Assembly (NCBI GenBank): GCA_965237805.1
Contig: OZ250153.1
Coordinates: 1,280,001 to 1,344,000 of the forward strand
Length of the DNA: 64,000 bases
Reading direction: 5' to 3'
Source: Gammaproteobacteria bacterium
GTDB taxonomy: Bacteria; Pseudomonadota; Gammaproteobacteria; JABABF01
In this document: piece by piece, positions 59,401 to 64,000 of the stretch
How positions within the stretch are numbered: position 1 is the stretch's first letter
Layout: every line of letters begins with the position of its first letter
Translations under genes and position numbers: made by a program
The notes under the pieces: generated by a model
The model's input: only the letters and a program-made list of their open reading frames with translations
Database searches by the model: none
What the model was told of the DNA's origin: nothing

Positions 59401-62109
59401 AAAATGCAAATGGTTGGCGGCACCAGTGGCGGTGCCAGACACATTGGAAATTTCGCCTATCTTTTGCCCTTTGGACACGCCGTCTCCATTACTGACTGCC
59501 TTATTCTCCATATGGAGGTATCCGCTCCACCAATAAGACCCGCTGGAGCCGTGCTTAATTAAGACTTGTCCATTTGTCCCGTCCGTGTTCAGCGAACCCC
59601 CGTAAGAGGTCTCAACGACACCGTCTGCAACGGCATAAACGGGCATGCCATCATCAGAGTCATGGCTGGGGCAATTCAGGTTGGTATCCCAAGCATAGGT
59701 GTCATTGGCCTGCCCAATTCCACCCGTGCTTGAATGCCCGGGAAGTTGATGCTGATTAAAGCACCACGATGATCTTCCGTTAGCGCAACTGTTATCACAG
59801 GCTGCCAATGTGGTCACAACATGGAGGTCGCCGTAGACTGGTGATGAGACGGATGACGGAGCACTATTAGGAGGGATGATCACCGGCACCCCCGGGGAGC
59901 AGTTGTTTAAGGTGCTGGACTCCCCGCTCACCGCTTCCACGCAGGCGCCGATGTAGTAGGTGGTGCCGCGCGTCGCCGACGAGGGCACCGTGCAGGTCTC
60001 GGATAAAGGGTCAGTCCCGCCAGCGGAGCGGCTTGACACGCTATCCGTGCACAACTGCATGTCGGATGGTGAAATCGTCGGGTCGTCGGACCAACGGTAG
60101 TGCATAGTGGTCCCCGCCGCCGCCGCCGTCCCCGAGTTCCTCGCCGTAGCGTAAATCGTGACCGACTGGCCCGGACCCACCGTGCTGGGGCTCACCAACA
60201 CACTGTCCACCGTCCAGTCGGGGGCGCCGGCACCACTCGCCGAGAAGGTGGCTGATATGGATTGGTTGGATTGGATCGTCAGTTGACAGTTGCCCGTGCC
60301 AGAACACCCGCCGCCACTCCACCCTGAAAAGCTGGAACCGGCATCTGGGGATCCCGAGAGTTGTATGGAGGTTCCAGCATCGTAGCCATAACAGTTGGTC
60401 CCGCAACTAACGCCAGCAGGCGTAGGCGTCACGGTGCCGTTGCCAATGGCAGTCAGCGTTAATGTATAACGAGCGTTTATGGCCGCGTCATAACTCACCA
60501 AACTGCTTGCGGAGTTCGTCCCGGTGTATACCACAAAATGCAAATGGTTGGCGGCACCAGTGGTGGTGCCAGACACATTGGAAATTTCGCCTATCTTTTG
60601 CCCTTTGGACACGCCGTCTCCATTACTGACTGCCTTATTCTCCATATGGAGGTATCCGCTCCACCAATAAGACCCGCTGGAGCCGTGCTTAATTAAGACT
60701 TGTCCATTTGTCCCGTCCGTGTTCAGCGAACCCCCGTAAGAGGTCTCAACGACACCGTCTGCAACGGCATAAACGGGCATGCCATCATCAGAGTCATGGC
60801 TGGGGCAATTCAGGTTGGTATCCCAAGCATAGGTGTCATTGGCCTGCCCAATTCCACCCGTGCTTGAATGCCCGGGAAGTTGATGCTGATTAAAGCACCA
60901 CAATGATCTTCCGTTAGCGCAACTGTTATCACAGGCTGCCAATGTGGTCACAACATGGAGGTCGCCGTAGACTGGTGATGAGACGGATGACGGAGCACTA
61001 TTAGGAGGGATGATCACCGGCACCCCCGGGGAGCAGTTGTTTAAGGTGCTGGACTCCCCGCTCACCGCTTCCACGCAGGCGCCGATGTAGTAGGTGGTGC
61101 CGCGCGTCGCCGACGAGGGCACCGTGCAGGTCTCGGATAAAGGGTCAGTCCCGCCAGCGGAGCGGCTTGACACGCTATCCGTGCACAACTGCATGTCGGA
61201 TGGTGAAATCGTCGGGTCGTCGGACCAACGGTAGTGCATAGTGGTCCCCGCCGCCGCCGCCGTCCCCGAGTTCCTCGCCGTAGCGTAAATCGTGACCGAC
61301 TGGCCCGGACCCACCGTGCTGGGGCTCACCAACACACTGTCCACCGTCCAGTCGGGGGCGCCACTTTGATTTATTGTTACCCATGTGTATGTGTCACAAT
61401 TGTTGTTTTTGTTGGATTCCGTGCTTAGGAGACTTAAACAAGCCCCTATGTAGTACCGATCGCCTCGTATGACGCTTGAATCTATTGTGCACTTTGTGCT
61501 CAAAGAAAACGATTCTCCTGCTACACGGCTTGGTACATCGTCTGTACAAAGATCAAAATAATCGGTTGAACTTTTCTGCAAATAATATCTGATTGTTACG
61601 CCACGTGCAGGAGCTGCCCCTGCATTCCGCGCCGTAGCGTAAATAGTAATCCTGTCTCCTGGGTCTACGGAATTATCACTTACAGAAACTGAGTCACCAA
61701 GTGTCCAATCAGGGGTGCCATTATCGTGCAGCCATGTGAAGCTTGTTGAAGCTTCAGCAGACCAGCCTTCATAACTATTGGAACAATTCAGCTTGTCGCT
61801 GGGATTTATATTGCTATCATCCCAACGAATTCGCCACCATTTATAAGTCGTGCCGGCCAAGTCCGCAGATGTAGGTCCTTTTGTTATTACCCCTGTTGCG
61901 CCATTGACTGCTTCGCATTGTTTGGTGCCCGCAGCTGTCCCCCGCACAGAAAGCCCTTGGCCATCGCTAAGATTAACAGTATCTGCTCCGGAATTCCTCA
62001 CCACGATATGATCATTGACTGCCAACGCCTGCGCCTCACCCATAGCAAAAAATTGCAGGCCGAACGCAACAAGTGCCAGCAACGTCATCTGGCGTATGTC
62101 ATTTATCAT
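56431..62109 (-). CDS. Giant surface protein: five CARDB-like modules, two M23-like peptidase domains, two InlB-B-like repeats, HYR-like domain, anchor domain and GlyGly-CTERM
   Basis: Signal peptide ending AQA; PDWTVDSV modules; PVYAVADGVV...YLHM...V.KGQKIG...HLHF; FSGWSGGGCSGTGNC; DTIAPVI; LVDGGPNDADG; GGGVIDPWALLILLLL plus a basic tail. Confidence 0.9.
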   Translation of the reverse strand: MINDIRQMTLLALVAFGLQFFAMGEAQALAVNDHIVVRNSGADTVNLSDGQGLSVRGTAAGTKQCEAVNGATGVITKGPTSADLAGTTYKWWRIRWDDSNINPSDKLNCSNSYEGWSAEASTSFTWLHDNGTPDWTLGDSVSVSDNSVDPGDRITIYATARNAGAAPARGVTIRYYLQKSSTDYFDLCTDDVPSRVAGESFSLSTKCTIDSSVIRGDRYYIGACLSLLSTESNKNNNCDTYTWVTINQSGAPDWTVDSVLVSPSTVGPGQSVTIYATARNSGTAAAAGTTMHYRWSDDPTISPSDMQLCTDSVSSRSAGGTDPLSETCTVPSSATRGTTYYIGACVEAVSGESSTLNNCSPGVPVIIPPNSAPSSVSSPVYGDLHVVTTLAACDNSCANGRSLWCFNQHQLPGHSSTGGIGQANDTYAWDTNLNCPSHDSDDGMPVYAVADGVVETSYGGSLNTDGTNGQVLIKHGSSGSYWWSGYLHMENKAVSNGDGVSKGQKIGEISNVSGTTTGAANHLHFVVYTGTNSASSLVSYDAAINARYTLTLTAIGNGTVTPTPAGVSCGTNCYGYDAGTSIQLSGSPDAGSSFSGWSGGGCSGTGNCQLTIQSNQSISATFSASGAGAPDWTVDSVLVSPSTVGPGQSVTIYATARNSGTAAAAGTTMHYRWSDDPTISPSDMQLCTDSVSSRSAGGTDPLSETCTVPSSATRGTTYYIGACVEAVSGESSTLNNCSPGVPVIIPPNSAPSSVSSPVYGDLHVVTTLAACDNSCANGRSSWCFNQHQLPGHSSTGGIGQANDTYAWDTNLNCPSHDSDDGMPVYAVADGVVETSYGGSLNTDGTNGQVLIKHGSSGSYWWSGYLHMENKAVSNGDGVSKGQKIGEISNVSGTATGAANHLHFVVYTGTNAASSLASYDAAINARYTLTLTAIGNGTVTPTPAGVSCGTNCYGYDAGTSIQLSGSPDAGSSLSGWSGGGCSGTGNCQLTIQSNQSISATFSASGAGAPDWTVDSVSVNPTIAAAGDNITIKAIARNSGTATAAETTMRYLWSTDTSISTADTELCTDRVTSRAAGETSPETATCPAPTSVTAGSTYYVGACVDTLNVESNTSNNCSQGVAIVGGAPDWTVDSVSVDPTTVAAGDRITINAIARNVGTTRAAETIMRYLWSTDASISTADTELCTDLVSSVATNLTSLESARCDVPPLATPSTYYIGACVDAVMGESSTSNNCSSGVTVTIDQSTALTCDNSCRLAIYSGNQSSYSLSGSCATGGAVSYSISLGSQSRTGTPSCATGTWDTGPLDLSALGEGDVTITVEQTGQASIYATVVKDTIAPVITATDRALTAQGIMTAAVVSATAADARDGTVQPTGVLRTTSNRLQPSRSFAAGARMRLPSGRHQITWTAQDTVGNVGTAQSVVDIHPLVAFAPSQRVGAPTSSANLSVEVPVRLSGNAPFYPVSIPYALSLSSNMSASDVVNVSPPNTITLSQGDLGAVTFDIKAGFSPSDGNAATVRLSLLSSGLSSQVALSPRNANHAVSVLPTGAANLKPTFHRLQLSQSNTTSKQVARDAGTVDVRAQARDPDGDALSFAFAVNGPLPNRSSALFSGQASGSDSASFAFSPAALELGKTYLLSLIITDADNASIHVAERFKVVALDDDRVSDQDMDGVPDASDYVDVPNAQPISSDPAEARMAQSPVGTQLRLGERAELAASSVALSTIGGSVSVGSDTFNIVDRSAVYDFEVLGGDSDVYRVVLPLSTPIPSNALYLKQDRAGNWARFDDSGADALASASAANGICPGPDEASSYGAGLLAGRDCLLLTLVDGGPNDADGFQNGQVADPGTVAVQTADTPPPVPNGGGVIDPWALLILLLLVTYCVQRYGGKRHLRRDTS
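59072..61362. repeat. Near-perfect in-frame tandem duplication, 1134-bp unit (378 aa)
   Basis: 59072-60205 versus 60206-61339 (plus 23 bp); six differences seen by manual comparison. Confidence 0.95.
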
Positions 62110-62136
62110 ACACCCCCTCCCTTAAGAGGTGCATCA

Positions 62137-62811
62137 TCAACGCCACTTGTAGTGTGCTGATAATTGGAAGAACCGTAGCCTATCAAGCGATACGGCGACG
62201 AAGCCACAAGGAAGACCAATTTCTGTGAACACGCAGACATCCAACCGGTCTTCTACATATTCAAAGTACTGGTACCGCATGTCTACGCCAATGGCGGAAT
62301 CTGCTCCCATGGGGACATCGATTCCCCCGAAGATCTGGATGCCACCAAGCAGCTTGTAATCATCGTCCAGCTTGACCTTGGAGCCGAATATAACTGCTTC
62401 ATCTCTAATATCCAGCATTAGGCCGCCTCCACCACCCACATAGGTTTTGAACGGCAGGTCACCCAAAGGCAGGAAGAAGAAAGCATTGGCCATGAATTGA
62501 GGTGCGTGGAAATCGTCCCCACTCCAAAGATGGGCATACTCCAGTTCTATGCCCCACAACTCATCGAAAACTGTACCCAATGCCAGCCCCACGAAGCCAC
62601 TATCACCAATCTCCAAAACCGGAACTTCCGTGGGCGAAGCTAGCCCTAGCGCGATTTTGGTATAGGCTTTGGTCTCTGCCTGTGCCAACGGCCCAAGCGT
62701 TGCCAGCAACAGCCCGGCCATGGCACAAAACAAAACACGAGCGCGCATATGCCCGTGTCCGATCTGTTGGGCTTCATACGTGTCAATGTTCCTGGTGTTG
62801 CTCCTTGGCAT
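62137..62811 (-). CDS. Small outer-membrane beta-barrel protein (OmpA/OmpW-like 8-strand type)
   Basis: Signal peptide ending LAQA, alternating strands (WGIELEY, YVGGGGG, IGVDMRYQY) and aromatic C-terminus HYKWR; ATG overlaps the upstream stop (TGATG). A start at 62748 is also possible. Confidence 0.8.
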   Translation of the reverse strand: MPRSNTRNIDTYEAQQIGHGHMRARVLFCAMAGLLLATLGPLAQAETKAYTKIALGLASPTEVPVLEIGDSGFVGLALGTVFDELWGIELEYAHLWSGDDFHAPQFMANAFFFLPLGDLPFKTYVGGGGGLMLDIRDEAVIFGSKVKLDDDYKLLGGIQIFGGIDVPMGADSAIGVDMRYQYFEYVEDRLDVCVFTEIGLPCGFVAVSLDRLRFFQLSAHYKWR

Positions 62812-63521
62812 CAGTTGTCTTCGGCCACGAATTCGGCGGCACGACCCTGTAGAACAGCAGTAAGTGTTGGAGCCAAGGTGTCCATCACCTTGGTTGGCTT
62901 TTGAGGCGAGCCGTAATCGGCAGAGAGAATGGCCAAAGTGTTCTCATGTGCCACATCGATCAAACGAACTGAAACGCTCGTGATGCCTATGTATTGCCCG
63001 CTAGCCGAGCTGAATATACCGAAGCCCACCTTCGAGCCTGTTTCCACAGTAAATTTTAAGACCGCGTCAGCGCCAGCTTGTTTGGCGACACGCAACATCG
63101 TGCGACTATCAGGAGCCTTGGCCGCCTCTTTTGGCAGATATTTTTCAAGATCGAACTGATCTAGAACCTCATAACCTGCCTTGGCAAGGGCGGCAACGGC
63201 ACGGTTTTGCATCATGCCTATGGATGAACTGCCGTGCTGGCCCCAAAAAACATGCTGGCCTTGCTGACCATCCCCACTCCCACTCGTGCTGGAGACCACT
63301 AAAAGCCGCTTGAACTTTGCGACCCCCTGTGGGGAATAGTATTGAGTGGGAACTACTCGTATGTCCTTTCGCTCACCCAAAATTTTATCTGTGCCTGCTA
63401 TAAGGCCAAGGAGTATCAGATCAGCGCATCCCGAAAGCACAAGCCCAGATGCCAAGAGCGCACCAAGGAGATATGGTGGAAGTTTCCTTAGTTTTCTATT
63501 CGGGGGGGGGGGGGATAACAT
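62811..63521 (-). CDS. Putative lipoprotein (CsgG/TolB-N-like fold possible) with a C13 tract in codons 3-7
   Basis: AGGA RBS then ATG TTA TCC CCC CCC CCC CCG; basic n-region, hydrophobic core and lipobox LSG-C; AK..GADAVL and VSVRLIDV motifs. Confidence 0.75.
   Translation of the reverse strand: MLSPPPPNRKLRKLPPYLLGALLASGLVLSGCADLILLGLIAGTDKILGERKDIRVVPTQYYSPQGVAKFKRLLVVSSTSGSGDGQQGQHVFWGQHGSSSIGMMQNRAVAALAKAGYEVLDQFDLEKYLPKEAAKAPDSRTMLRVAKQAGADAVLKFTVETGSKVGFGIFSSASGQYIGITSVSVRLIDVAHENTLAILSADYGSPQKPTKVMDTLAPTLTAVLQGRAAEFVAEDN
63502..63514 (-). repeat. Homopolymer C13 (G13 on + strand) in the 5' coding region of the lipoprotein gene
   Basis: Read directly; the current length keeps the frame open. 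Confidence 0.9.
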
Positions 63522-63630
63522 TGCTGAGTATTCCTGTAACTGATTGGCGTTTCGGCTGGCTTCTGCTTGCCTATGCTGTCTGCACTGAACAGGCGCGAAT
63601 CGCAACTGATGCAGGGGACGAACTAGCGAC

Positions 63631-63658
63631 ATCGTACCCCCCATCGCCCTAATGTCAA
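63631..63658 (-). promoter_or_regulatory. Putative sigma-70 promoter TTGACA-N16-TACGAT for the surface-protein locus
   Basis: Perfect -35 and 4/6 -10 on the minus strand; spacer contains G6 and a G10 run abuts the -35; ~110 bp upstream of the lipoprotein ATG. Confidence 0.65.
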
Positions 63659-63708
63659 CCCCCCCCCCAACATCCAAAAATCCTTCGCAACCAAGCCAAA
63701 GCCTCCCC

Positions 63709-64000
63709 CTAATGTGCCTCGTCCCAATTCTCCCCGTATTGACAGTCCACTTCCAGCGGCACATCCAGCTCGCCGCCGTCGGCTGTCACCATCAGCTCTG
63801 AGATGCGCTTGCCGATCTCTCGCTCGGTGCCAGTCTCCACCTCCAGCACCAATTCGTCGTGCACTTGCAGGATCATCCGCGCTGGCACTTGCTCTGCTGC
63901 TAGCCAGCGATCCACCGCCAGCATCGCCCGCTTGACGATGTCGGCGGCGGTGCCTTGGATCGGGGCGTTGATGGCGGCGCGCTCGGCGGCTTGGCGGCGC
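63709..64000 (-). CDS. polA: DNA polymerase I, C-terminal part (runs off the window)
   Basis: AERAAINAPIQGTAADIVKRAM, MILQVHDELVLEV, LDVPLEVD and G.NWDEAH*. Confidence 0.97.
   Translation of the reverse strand, partial: RRQAAERAAINAPIQGTAADIVKRAMLAVDRWLAAEQVPARMILQVHDELVLEVETGTEREIGKRISELMVTADGGELDVPLEVDCQYGENWDEAH

Noticed and set aside
59072-61362. 1134-bp duplication as a diversity-generating retroelement TR/VR pair
   Set aside because: Both copies are in frame within one gene, far longer than a typical TR, the differences are not confined to coding-strand adenines, and no reverse transcriptase is present.
63522-63764. N-terminal extension of the lipoprotein ORF into polA (317-aa version)
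   Set aside because: It overlaps polA and the putative promoter; the signal peptide and RBS fit a start at 63521.

Overview
A GC-rich gammaproteobacterial chromosome segment. The taxonomy is inferred from the gene order cbrB-pcnB-folK-panBCD and rimP-nusA-infB-rbfA-truB-rpsO-pnp. The first ~35 kb is mostly housekeeping (apaG, apaH, cca, folB, tsaD, rpsU, dnaG, ilvE, xseB-ispA-dxs, ribA, the rimP-pnp operon, panDCB, folK, pcnB, tRNA-Ala, cysM). It is interrupted by an FRG+TPR gene, a decaying TPR gene, an orphan GspE/PilB-type ATPase where rpoD normally sits, a 41-bp palindromic tandem repeat and an apparently inactivated CbrB-like regulator. The 33-51.5 kb region is a lipid/steroid cluster: two sterol-desaturase-family genes, C/D-ring (HIP) degradation genes, an APH-family kinase, a meta-cleavage hydrolase and hydratase, and two paralogous TonB-dependent receptors, one of them flanked by a 47-bp direct repeat taken from the hydratase 3' end. 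The most striking part is 51.6-63.7 kb, directly downstream of polA: a co-oriented lipoprotein, an outer-membrane beta-barrel and two giant GlyGly-CTERM surface proteins. The locus has homopolymer tracts in its promoter and a C13 tract in the first gene (candidate phase variation). One giant protein has an internal 1134-bp duplication carrying M23-like peptidase domains. The other has six Cys-stapled Ig/CARDB-like domains that each display a different Trp/Arg-rich loop. All calls come from motif recognition by eye; no database searches were run.
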